Shown piece after piece: positions 47,353-59,025 of a DNA stretch of 64,000 bases; positions within the stretch are counted from its first letter, which is position 1, and every line of letters starts with the position of its first letter. The position numbers were made by a program, and so were the translations under genes. Under the pieces are notes generated by a model that made no database searches, was not told where the DNA came from, and saw only the letters and a program-made list of their open reading frames with translations. Source of the stretch: Flectonema sp. DT1601 (taxonomy: Eukaryota); NCBI GenBank assembly GCA_964019425.1, contig OZ025791.1, positions 744,001 to 808,000 on the forward strand. Reading direction: 5' to 3'.

Positions 47353-50303
47353 TCTGCAAAAAGTGATTGTTGTGTCAACGAGTCCCCGATGATAATAAAA
47401 ATGAACGTTACGAAATGGTGAGAATGTCTTGTTTTATACTTATACCAAATGAGCCTTAGGCAATCTCATGGAAGTTCACTTCTAGTTGATCGTATTGTAT
47501 AATTTACTTCTTCTTCTTCCTTTTTTCTTTTTTTCAGATGCAGTTACGCAGTCTGGGCTCTGTGTTCTATGTAGAAGAAGAAGAAGGGGAAAGAAAAAGC
47601 AAAAAAGTGTTGAAAAGGTCGGGTCGCTGTAGCGAGTGGTCGACATTTAAAAAAAACAAAAAAAAACAAAAAAAACAAAAACAAAAAACCGTTGAAGTGG
47701 GATTATTTTCCTTTACTTCTTCTTCTTTCCCTACTTTGATTTTTTTTTTAATATATTTTTGTTTTTAATTTATTTATTATTTTTTCGTTCCCCCCAGAAG
47801 AATGCTTGAGTACGTGGGAGGACTACCTCACAGGCTCTTTGCTCAGTAAGGCATTCCAGAACGACGTCCACATTCTTCTATCTTGCAATGAGTTGGTCGC
47901 TGGTCACGCCACATAAGATCTAAAACCTAGTCTCGCGTTTATTCGATTCTCACCGTAGCTCGGGTTTATTATCCATCTTTGGAAAAGGATGTATTCGAAC
48001 TCCCCAATCATATTTATTTAAAAATTGATAATCTGCGATAATTCCTCTATTGAAAAGGTGGCAATATCTACGCTAGGAAATCTTTGTTGTAAATAGAAGC
48101 GACTCAGTCGTCTTATTATTTGTTGTTTTTCCCTCTCAACCCAGCACCTGCAGTGGGTCCAGATGAGTGTTTATTTATTGGGGGGAAACAAAAAAAAAAA
48201 AAAAAAAAAAAAAAAGCAATAAAAAAAAGAACAAATACACAAGCAAACGAAAACAAGCTTTGGACATTATCTGAAAACGAAAGTGGGAAGTTTCTCTCTC
48301 TCTTCTTCTTTTTTTTTTTTTGTTTCCCCCTTTCGTTCTTCTATTAATGTTGAAAAGAAATTTTTTTGATAAAATAAAAAAAAAAAACTGAAAAAAAAAT
48401 AAAAATAAACTATTCATTGAAGTTAACAAATGCATGCATGCGTTCAAGTGAGCATACTATTTTTACTGCTGAGTGTGATTTTCTTTGTGTTGCCTACGAG
48501 GCAGATAAAATGAAGTATGAGCCTGACACTTGCATACATTTAATCTCAATACGTTGGTTTTATTTACAATAAGTATTGTCAATTGAAGAAGAGAGACACA
48601 CGTGGTGTTAGGAAAACACTTTCTTTGTTTTTTGAGAAAATTCCGAACAAATGTCAGCCTTTTCCTATCTTCTTCACGAGATGCTTATTACCTGTAGAAT
48701 TCTCGAAGACGTCGTTATTTTTTAATATTTTTAATTTTTAATTTTTTATTTTTCATCCTTTTTTTTTTTTTTTTGCTAAATTGTTGTTGCGGTATTGAAC
48801 AGACGGACTCCCCGTATGACTCCACAGATAAATAAATAATAAATAAGTGTGAGATAAACTGTCAAATACATGTTTTTTACGTTTTAACATTCTTGCAGTC
48901 ATGCGATACGTTTGTTTACAACCAGTACTACCTGAGTGAGCTGCCTGTTGGCTTGCTCACATAAAAAAGAAAAAAAAAAAAGAAAAAAGAAAAACGTTTT
49001 GTGTCTTCTTCGGGAGTTTTGTTCGTGCGTCACCTTCACGTTAAAATAATTTTTTTTCTTTTCTTTTCCAATTTTTTTCCCACACAATTGTTTGAAAAAT
49101 GAGAGAATAGAGGTAAAGAGGTATATGGATTACTTTAAAGGGCTAAGTTAAGCATCACCATAGTCACGGTACCCTTAACAGATTGTTGGATTGTTGTTTT
49201 ACAGTTGTACATTCAACATCCCTAACTCACACGATGGTTTAATAATTGCAGTTCCTACAAGCCTCTTATGATCCCTGTTTTCTACGATATAATTATTCAT
49301 TTTACTTTATCAAAAAAAAAAATAATAAAAACCTCACTCTCGTAGACAAACCATGGATTTAATACTAGATGTGTATTGCCTACATTCGATCCTTACTTTG
49401 TTTTTCCTTTGTTTTTCCCCTACGAAGGCAATCAAATCAGGGCGACCAAATTTAGCAATAAGGAACTAGAGAAGAAACGAGTTTTCAATCGGAAGATTAC
49501 AAAAGAAAGAAACCTAAAAAAAAAAAAACAAAAAAAAACAAAAAAAAGGAGCAGCTCCTGTTTCTGGTTATTAGAACGCCGGCAACGTTCTCTTTTCTGT
49601 ACCTTTTTTTCTTTCACAGTTTCGTTTTTTTTTTCTTCTCTTTTTCTTAAATTTTTTTTTTTTTTTTAAAAAAGTTTTATAAGGTTTGGTTCTCGAGCGC
49701 ACAAATTATAACAATAACGATAATTAATAAACAAAAAACAAAAAAAAAAACAAAAAAAATTGATCAAAAAATCTCATGCTTTGTTGTATTGAACGTCCCT
49801 GTGTAGGGACAGCACCGCACTGTAATTCTTTTCTAGCTCTAACAGTTTGCCAGAATGATGTCAAATTTTTGTGTATGAAACGAAGAATGATTAAAAAAAA
49901 AATTTTGATCTGTTTTTTGCGTTGAAAAGCAACGGAAAAAAAAAAAAAAAAAAAAAAGAGGGCTTTGCGTGAGTACTTTCTCCCTTTCTGCTGTTTACTT
50001 TAGGCCCTATTAAATATTAGTTGTTTTTTTTTTTTTTTTTTTTTGCGTTTTCCCTCCCCGGATGGTGATTTCTCCCTGAGGGAAGCGGTTCCTTATGTTG
50101 ATGACCAAGTTTTATTTTAGCACCTCATCCCACTTCTGTTGTTTTGGAATTTATTTTTAGGAGCGAGTTGAAAGTTTTTTTGTATCTGAAAACTGAATGA
50201 AGTCAGCAGATCCAACAGTTGAACGAAATAGTTAACTGCTGCAGGTTAAATTTACTACTTTTCTTAAACCAGCGACAACCACATGGAGGCAAACGACCGT
50301 AAT

Positions 50304-53178
50304 TTGATGAGTTACTTTGGCAAGCATTCTTCTGATAGTATAGTTTGTCACGCGCTCATCATAGACTTATCCCGAGTACATTCATATTTGATGGAAGTGA
50401 GTCTCTCGAATTAGTTTTACGTACGGAGAACAAGTAGTACAAAGCCTCAAGCTCGAAATCTGTAGTCGATGAGCCTTCTCTCTTCATTTGAAACTGTCTG
50501 AAGTTGGTTCCTCTTTATCATATTGATGAGTTACTTTGGCAAGCATTCTTCTGATAGTATAGTTTGTCACGCGCTCATCATAGACTTATCCAAGTACATT
50601 CATATTTGATGGAAGTGAGTCTCTCGAATTAGTTTTACGTACGGAGAACAAGTAGTACAAAGCCTCAAGCTCGAAATCTGTAGTCGATGAGCCTTCTCTC
50701 TTCATTTGAAACTGTCTGAAGTTGGTTCCTCTTTATCATATTGATGAGTTACTTTGGCAAGCATTCTTCTGATAGTATAGTTTGTCACGCGCTCATCATA
50801 GACTTATCCCGAGTACATTCATATTTGATGGAAGTGAGTCTCTCGAATTAGTTTTACGTACGGAGAACAAGTAGTACAAAGCCTCAAGCTCGAAATCTGT
50901 AGTCGATGAGCCTTCTCTCTTCATTTGAAACTGTCTGAAGTTGGTTCCTCTTTATCATATTGATGAGTTACTTTGGCAAGCATTCTTCTGATAGTATAGT
51001 TTGTCACGCGCTCATCATAGACTTATCCCGAGTACATTCATATTTGATGGAAGTGAGTCTCCATGACGATGCCTGAATCTGAGACTTTGGTGGAAATACT
51101 TTGACTGCTTTCTTCTTTCTAAGGACCTTCAAATACCTCCGTTGACTATCTTTTGTAGTCTCTGTGAGGGCCGCTTTGTGTTCGAGATTACCCATTTCTT
51201 GTTATCTGTTTTCTTGTAATAATGCGACTCTTGTGTTTAACATGAGCTACCTAATAAGTTATATTTGCACGCTGTTCTCGTTTTGTTTGAAAGTTCTTTT
51301 GATGAGTTACTTTGGCAAGCATTCTTCTGATAGTATAGTTTGTCACGCGCTCATCATAGACTTATCCAAGTACATTCATATTTGATGGAAGTGAGTCTCC
51401 ATGACGATGCCTGAATCTGAGACTTTGGTGGAAATACTTTGACTGCTTTCTTCTTTCTAAGGACCTTCAAATACCTCCGTTGACTATCTTTTGTAGTCTC
51501 TGTGAGGGCCGCTTTGTGTTCGAGATTACCCATTTCTTGTTATCTGTTTTCTTGTAATAATGCGACTCTTGTGTTTAACATGAGCTTCCTAATAAGTTAT
51601 ATTTGCACGCTGTTCTCGTTTTGTTTGAAAGTTCTTTTGATGAGTTACTTTGGCAAGCATTCTTCTGATAGTATAGTTTGTCACGCGCTCATCATAGACT
51701 TATCCAAGTACATTCATATTTGATGGAAGTGAGTCTCTCGAATTAGTTTTACGTACGGAGAACAAGTGCTCACAGTGGTACAAAGCCTCAAGCTCGAAAT
51801 CTGTAGTCGATGAGCCTTCTCTCTTCATTTGAAACTGTCTGAAGTTGGTTCCTCTTTATCATATTGATGAGTTACTTTAAGCATTCTTCTGATAGTATAG
51901 TTTGTCACGCGCTCATCATAGACTTATCCAAGTACATTCATATTTGATGGAAGTGAGTCTCCATGACGATGCCTGAATCTGAGACTTTGATGGAAATACT
52001 TTGACTGCTTTCTTCTTTCTAAGGACCTTCAAATACCTCCGTTGACTATCTTTTGTAGTCTCTGTGAGGGCCGCTTTGTGTTCGAGATTACCCATTTCTT
52101 GTTATCTGTTTTCTTATAATAATGCGACTCTGTGTTTAACATGAGCTAATAAGTTATATTTGCACGCTGTTCTCGTTTTGTTTGAAAGTTCTTTTGATGA
52201 GTTACTTTGGCAAGCATTCTTCTGATAGTATAGTTTGTCACGCGCTCATCATAGACTTATCCAAGTACATTCATATTTGATGGAAGTGAGTCTCCATGAC
52301 GATGCCTGAATCTGAGACTTTGGTGGAAATACTTTGACTGCTTTCTTCTTTCTAAGGACCTTCAAATACCTCCGTTGACTATCTTTTGTAGTCTCTGTGA
52401 GGGCCGCTTTGTGTTCGAGATTACCCATTTCTTGTTATCTGTTTTCTTGTAATAATGCGACTCTTGTGTTTAACATGAGCTTCCTAATAAGTTATATTTG
52501 CACGCTGTTCTCGTTTTGTTTGAAAGTTCTTTTGATGAGTTACTTTGGCAAGCATTCTTCTGATAGTATAGTTTGTCACGCGCTCATCATAGACTTATCC
52601 AAGTACATTCATATTTGATGGAAGTGAGTCTCCATGACGATGCCTGAATCTGAGACTTTGATGGAAATACTTTGACTGCTTTCTTCTTTCTAAGGACCTT
52701 CAAATACCTCCGTTGACTATCTTTTGTAGTCTCTGTGAGGGCCGCTTTGTGTTCGAGATTACCCATTTCTTGTTATCTGTTTTCTTATAATAATGCGACT
52801 CTGTGTTTAACATGAGCTAATAAGTTATATTTGCACGCTGTTCTCGTTTTGTTTGAAAGTTCTTTTGATGAGTTACTTTGGCAAGCATTCTTCTGATAGT
52901 ATAGTTTGTCACGCGCTCATCATAGACTTATCCCGAGTACATTCATATTTGATGGAAGTGAGTCTCTCGAATTAGTTTTACGTACGGAGAACAAGTAGTA
53001 CAAAGCCTCAAGCTCGAAATCTGTAGTCGATGAGCCTTCTCTCTTCATTTGAAACTGTCTGAAGTTGGTTCCTCTTTATCATATTGATGAGTTACTTTGG
53101 CAAGCATTCTTCTGATAGTATAGTTTGTCACGCGCTCATCATAGACTTATCCAAGTACATTCATATTTGATTGAAGTG
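50304..53178 (+). repeat. Composite array: 11 copies of a ~100-nt constant unit R separated by spacer X (~118 nt) or Y (~235 nt)
   Basis: R (tgatgagttactttggc...gaagtgagtctc) starts at 50305, 50524, 50742, 50961, 51300, 51638, 51865, 52195, 52533, 52866, 53085. Spacer order is X,X,X,Y,Y,X,Y,Y,Y,X. Confidence 0.95.
50305..50368 (+). ncRNA. Candidate single-hairpin H/ACA-like (AGA-box) guide RNA, first of 11 copies
   Basis: Lower stem tgatgagt/gctcatca, internal loop, upper stem tggcaagc/gtttgtca, then t-AGA-ctt. Size and AGA ending match euglenozoan H/ACA RNAs. Confidence 0.55.
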
Positions 53179-53217
53179 CTTTCTTCTTTGACAAGGTCAC
53201 GGTGATAGACAGGAGGA

Positions 53218-53286
53218 GGTCGGAGGGGCCGTTTCTCTTGGGATGACTTTCCTAATCAGGTTGACGTGGGCGGTTCGATCAGACAA
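53218..53286 (+). ncRNA. Candidate single-hairpin AGA-box RNA (unique copy) after the array
   Basis: ggtcgga/ttcgatc stem closes a 63-nt hairpin immediately followed by AGA. GC-rich island in an AT-rich context. Confidence 0.35.
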
Positions 53287-53428
53287 TACAAACTTTATTT
53301 TAGTTAGACAGACTGTTTCATGTTTAACCTTCCCTCCTGTTAGTTTTATGATTTAGTTGGGGTTTGTTATTATTTTTCCCACCTATTTTTAACCAGTTTC
53401 CATCTTTAAAAAAAAAAAAAAAAAAAAA

Positions 53429-54601
53429 ATGGCAACGTTCAGACTCAACCCGAACGCTCGTCCATTTGAGGTAAAGCACTACACAGGTGAGGTACCATGG
53501 ATTGTAGATGAATTACAAGTTGACTTATCGTTATCAGAGGAGATGATATTATTTAGTGAGTTTATTGGTCTATCAACCACAGAAAGATTATCGAGAGACA
53601 AAGCAATAGCGATGATTGAAAAGTCTATTGAGGAAACTCTTCCTAATGAAAGTAAGTTAACTCTGTACGGTTCTTATGCTTCAAACACGTCAGTAAGAAC
53701 TTCATTTATTGATGTTATGATTGAATGCTATAGTGATGATGGTGCTCATGAGTATCAACAACAGCAGTTTTTAGAATCACTTTCTAGGTATTCAGTTATT
53801 GAATCCACAGTTCAATCGGACGATGAACTCTTCACTCAAATCAAGTTCAAGTCCGTCACAGTCAATATTTCCCTCCGACGAGACATATCATCAGCAATGC
53901 AAGTCATTCGATCAAATCAAATTACCAGCAGTTATTTAAAAGCCTGTCCTGCTGTTAGACATGTTCAAGCTGTTGTCCGTCATGTGCTAACTCAAGCTTG
54001 TTCATCAAGCCTTGATGTTTTAAAGGGAGGATTATCCCCAACTGCTTTATTAACAATGGTTATCCATATTTATAATGTTTATAAAATTGAGGATCCTGGT
54101 GAGCTTTTAACGACATTTTTACACTACTTTTCATCACCGAAGTTTGACTATGTTCGTAGCAGTGTTGCGATTGCTGGATGTAAACCAAAATTAACATCGG
54201 ATCAGATTTTTGTTGAAGATCCTGTTAATTTTGATAACAACCTCGCATCTGAATGTATAATGCTTCGAGAAATCAAAGCTCATTTTGCAAGCATGTGTAT
54301 TGCTCTTCGTCAACATAGAGGAACCCATACTAAGTTGTCAACCATTATAAGCCATAGGCCACTGTGGTCTCGCAGGGCTGAGTTGGCGGATATAAAGGCG
54401 CAGGAAGAACAGATGAGGTCTCAAAAATATCAGTTTGAGTGGTCTCTTCCTGTTCCTGAGGATTTGAATAATTTTAGTTTTAATAGCATTTTGAATTCAT
54501 CAACACCAAGAACTAGGACTGATTCTCATACCAGGTCCAGCTCTCCTTGGTCTGATACCGACATGTTAGCATCCATTGTGTTGACAGCTACAGAATTGTG
54601 A
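53429..54601 (+). CDS. Trf4/PAPD5-like non-canonical poly(A) polymerase homolog with N-terminal PAM2 motif; catalytic Asp residues degenerate
   Basis: RLNPNARPF (PAM2), LYGSYASNTSVRTSFIDV, GGLSPTALLTMV, GELLTTFLHYF, IFVEDPVNFDNNLA (PAP-associated domain). Confidence 0.88.
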   Translation: MATFRLNPNARPFEVKHYTGEVPWIVDELQVDLSLSEEMILFSEFIGLSTTERLSRDKAIAMIEKSIEETLPNESKLTLYGSYASNTSVRTSFIDVMIECYSDDGAHEYQQQQFLESLSRYSVIESTVQSDDELFTQIKFKSVTVNISLRRDISSAMQVIRSNQITSSYLKACPAVRHVQAVVRHVLTQACSSSLDVLKGGLSPTALLTMVIHIYNVYKIEDPGELLTTFLHYFSSPKFDYVRSSVAIAGCKPKLTSDQIFVEDPVNFDNNLASECIMLREIKAHFASMCIALRQHRGTHTKLSTIISHRPLWSRRAELADIKAQEEQMRSQKYQFEWSLPVPEDLNNFSFNSILNSSTPRTRTDSHTRSSSPWSDTDMLASIVLTATEL

Positions 54602-55268
54602 TTTTTAAATTTTCTTTTTTCTATCTAAAGAAGGAGCAGCGCATCTACTGAAACTGTTTTGATAGCGCCGGCCCTCGTTTTTTCATAGTATTATTATTTT
54701 TTTTATTGCTTTCAGCACTTTTCCCGCCTTTTTTTTCTCTATTTTTATTCTATATGGCGAAAGAATTGTTGAATATTATATAGAAAGTGAATCCCAAAGA
54801 TATCGATCTCAGTCGCTAATCTAGAGGCTTAAGCGCGAAATTGACGTTGGATTTTCACCTTTAATAATTTTTAATTTAAGTTTTTTTTTTTTTTTTTTTT
54901 GTTCCCCCTTTTTTCAAGTTACTTTATATTAAATCATAGTATTAAGTTGCCCCCTCCATTCTTTTGTTGTGATTTATCTGTTGGTCTCATGGAGACTGAA
55001 AAACGCCCTAATAGAGCAGGTTTTAAATTACAAAAAAAAAAAAAAAAAAAGTTAAGCCTGTGTTTTGCTATCTACACGTATTTCCTACTTAATCCTTCAG
55101 TTTTTTTTTTATTTTTTTCCACAATGACTTCAAGGTATGCAAGGCACAAGCTGTCTATCCCTCAGTTTATGACAGCAACAAAAGTGTCCACAGATTGAGA
55201 AGTTCTTTGTAGTTAGTCTCCCCTTGGTACTCCCTTAGTATGCAAAAAGCTTTTAAATTTCAATGAAG

Positions 55269-55306
<38 letters not shown>

Positions 55307-57246
55307 GTGTTCTTGTTTTTAGTTTACAATTCGTAGCCAGCTATTTGTGTATTAGTAACGAAGGTTTTGAATTTTTGAAAAAAAAAAAAAAAAAAAAAAA
55401 GATGAAATTGGTCTTTGTTATTTCGATTTTGTCATCTTATCACCGAAGTACTTGTAAAATATAAAACGTTTCAATTACTGAGAGAAGGGATTTTGCATGC
55501 TCCCTGGGACGTTGTCGGATATGAAGAAATTGAGAGAAAAAAAAAAAAAAAAAAACGTTTGGTTTTTCCTTCTTATTTTTTCTTTTTTTCTGAGGGTCGT
55601 CAAAATTCATAGCTTCGTCACAAAACTGTTTTCTTCTTTCTTATGATCGATTTCTCTTAACAAAAAAATCAACTGAAATACTAGAATGGTGATAACAGTT
55701 TGACAACTTTCATAAAGAAAATATCTTTTTTTATTCGACCCAATATCGGAACATGTGAAATAATTTTTTTTATATTTTTGTTTTTATTTTTATAATCTGC
55801 TTCCCCAATTAGCTCTTTTTGATATGCCGTGAAGCATGTTTGTGTCTCCTTCCCTTTTTTATTTTAAAAACTTATTATTATTTCCTTCAAATAACATTTT
55901 TTAATAGTATTGTGTGCAACAAGAAAAGGAGGGGGTGATAAGGTGTGCAGGGTGCTGTGTTGCAATCCTGTTACGGTTAGATTGTGAGTACAATAATTAA
56001 AAAAAAAAAAAAAAAAAAGGGAAAGAAAAAAAAAAAAAAAAAAAAAAAACGATTCAAGAAAAACGTATTCTTATTCTTATTCTTTTCCCTTTCATCTTTT
56101 CTTTACTTTTTCCCTCTCTATAACGTCGTAAGTCAATTATTATTTTCGTTGAGCGTGTGCCTGTGATTTATTTTAGATTTTTACTGACCGGGTTTTTTAA
56201 ATTTTCTTTTTTTAAATGCCTCTCATTTTCGTCTTGTTATGTTATAAGTTGTTTTCAACAAGAACAAAACAAACATTTACAAGAGAGAAAATGTGAGGGA
56301 AAGGCTTTTTCTTACCAGCTTGTTTTTCAGCCAGCTGTGGTGACTAAGTTAGAGGTCGGTGTAATCTGTGTGTTTTCTCCTTTCTCCTTTTTTCTTTTTT
56401 CTTTTTTTTTTTTTTTTTTTTTGAGGATCAAAATGAAGGAATTGTTTAACTCGTGTGAACAGCTCAAGGAGGGTTATTCTGGCTTGCTTGATGAGCTGGT
56501 CAATCTTCTTCGGTGAGTGAAACTCTGTTTCATGTCGCTGTCAGGGTACATTTCCTTTTTTTTTGTTTTTTTATCGGAAGGTGTTCCGAAGACTTGCGAA
56601 GGGAACATCCTTCGTCACGTCTATCGCTCTTGCGTGTGGTTTCTTGTTATCCTTCCTTCATAACTTTCTTATTTATTTCTTAAATAATACCTCTCTGTGT
56701 TTTCTGAGATGCGGTAGTTTTATAGTCAGAGATGCTCTTTGCTTCGTGTATCGCTCCCTTTTATCCTTTGCGTTGCCTTTTTTTGGGCTTTGTGATAGGG
56801 ATGGGGCTTTTTATTTTTCCTCTCCACCTTTTCCTTTGCAGGGACTCAAGTGACTTCTCCACGGAATCGATATTGTATTAGTGTGTGAATCGGGAAACTA
56901 AATGTTGTTTGTTTTTAAAAAAATTCTTTTTTCCCCTCCCGTGTTGTTACTTTGTTCATACCAATCCATAACAACTCAATCACATCAACTTTCCCGACTA
57001 ATATATTTAATGCAGATCGCCTGTTTGGAGAATATTTTGAGTTCCCGCACTGTAATGAAAGTAAAAAAAACAAAACAAAGGTGCTTAGGATTTTATGCAT
57101 TTTTGGACTACCGTTCTGAAATGTTTTTCTGCTCTTTTGGGTCGATATTTCTTGACTTTGTTTCTTCTACTTTTTTTTTTTGTAAAGGTCAAATTTGTTA
57201 AAAATACAAATCGGAATTTGATGGTTCTGCCAACTTCATCGGATCG

Positions 57247-57280
<34 letters not shown>

Positions 57281-58892
57281 AGCCAATCAAACTCATCCAG
57301 TAATTCTATAAGTGCAGCACCTTCATTTGTTTACTTCTGATCCGATATTTGAATGGAAACTTTTTTTCCCCCGTTCATCTTGTCAAATGTTATCTTCTTT
57401 CGCAGTACCTGAAACTACTACTTTATTTTAGTTCTAATTGTTTTCTTTATTCATATTTAGATAAAAAACTTTTCAGGGTACGGATCCAGAGTTTACCAAC
57501 ACTCATAATATACAGCAATATCGAGCTCGATAACTGACAACAAGGTAAAGAGGACTGGGTGATGGCAGTTTGGTTATTTTTTAACCCAAAAAAAACCAAA
57601 ATCATTATTTGTTTGCTGTCATTACGGGTTGCTATATTAATTTGGTTACTGCTACATTGAGGACTTCTGTTGTTGTCGTGTATGTTGATGAGATAGCTTG
57701 GCGTCTTTTCTCTAAAAAAAATGCATCAAGAGGAGATCGTTTTTTGTGTATCACTTTCTTCTTATTCTTCGTTGCTATTTTTATCTTTCGATTGTTTCAT
57801 TTGAAGATAATGAGAAAACCGGATGTCTGTTTTTGTCTTTCATTTGTTCTGCGAGTGGTCTTTGCTTTATTTTTTTTTTCCACAAAAGTCTTTTTTATAG
57901 ACATTTTTCTTATTCCGTATCAAAATAAAAAAATAAAATAAAAATTAAAAAAAAATCATCTTGAGCGAGTGAACTTCTCTTCCTGTTTTTTTTGTGTACT
58001 TTAATTCCTTCGGAGCATCGCGACTGCGTGCTCATTTATTTTCTGTATCGACTTTTTCCTTCCACTCTTTAGGTCTTCAATCCTGTTATCTGTTTGTGTT
58101 CAGGTGTCTTCAAACATTTGTTTGTTTCAGAGTACAATTTCGTACTGTTGAACTGTTTTGCTAATTCTTTATTCTCCGTATCGATTTATTTTCTTTGATT
58201 CTTAATAGGCTGACTGAAATTAATTGGTCTGAGCTTATCTGTTTCTTTAGTATTAATGCTCTTCAATCGTCATGGTTGTGTGAGGTGGACGAAAGTCTAA
58301 AGGCAGTTTTTTTTTCCTTTTTTTTTTTTCATTCTTACTCTTTCGTCGATTATCATTAGGTTCTTTTTCTTTATTACCATAACTATATTTGCGTGTGCAT
58401 TGACGCTCGTAAAAAAAAAAAAAAACAAAAAAAAAAAACTGGGTGCCACTTACCCGCATCTCGTTCTCGTCTTTATATCCTGTTCTTTCGTTAAGAACTA
58501 TTTATTATTGTGTCACTGTGCTCATCTAGCTGGTTTGTCTCACATGTTTGTGGTTTTCTCTCCATCAGCTGTATCATACCCGGTCGGTCCCGAAAAAAAA
58601 AAGCAAAAAAAAAAAAAAAATCGTGTGTTTTTTTTAATAAAAAACGAGGAATTAAATAAAATCAATTCCTTCCTTGAAGGAATTCCTACCTGTCCTCTCT
58701 CCGCCCAATGTTGGCTGCAAAAAAAAAAAAAAAAAAAAAAAACGTTTAATCCAAATAGGTGATTAGGAGTGTGGAGGTGGGGAAAGAAAAAAGAAAAACA
58801 AAAAACTTTAAACAAACGTCTGCCTGTCAATTGATTCGTTGCTTGTTATTTTCTCTTAAACACTCAAGGAAGGATAGCTGGAATACTATCCC

Positions 58893-59025
58893 AAAACCAA
58901 CCTGTCTCTCGACGGTCTAAACCCAGCTCACGTTCCCTGTTAGTGGGTGAACAATCCAACCCTTAGACAATTCTACTTGTCTAAGTTAGGAAGAGCCGAC
59001 ATCTTGGCTGCCACAGGCCAGTTAT
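58893..59025 (-). pseudogene. Inserted LSU rRNA fragment (domain V / peptidyl-transferase region) with an internal deletion
   Basis: Reverse complement reads ATAACTGGCCTGTGGCAGCCAA|GATGTCGGCTCTTCCTAAC...GGATTGTTCACCCAC...GGGAACGTGAGCTGGGTTTAGACCGTCG.GAGACAGGTTGGTTTT. Confidence 0.93.

Noticed and set aside
50305..50335. C/D-box snoRNA reading of R (TGATGA...CTGA)
   Set aside because: TGATGAG is sequestered in a stem with CTCATCA and there is no terminal D box at a suitable distance. The AGA-hairpin model fits better, though C/D is not fully excluded.
51004..52618. Repeated 63-73 aa ORFs in the array
   Set aside because: Mostly non-ATG starts, disrupted by indels in other copies; by-products of the repeat.
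50304..53178. Bona fide CRISPR array
   Set aside because: Eukaryotic context, a ~100-nt repeat, only two recurring spacer types and no cas genes.
58893..59025. Functional rRNA gene or natural LSU fragment
   Set aside because: Isolated, internally deleted in an essential region, with no neighbouring rDNA.
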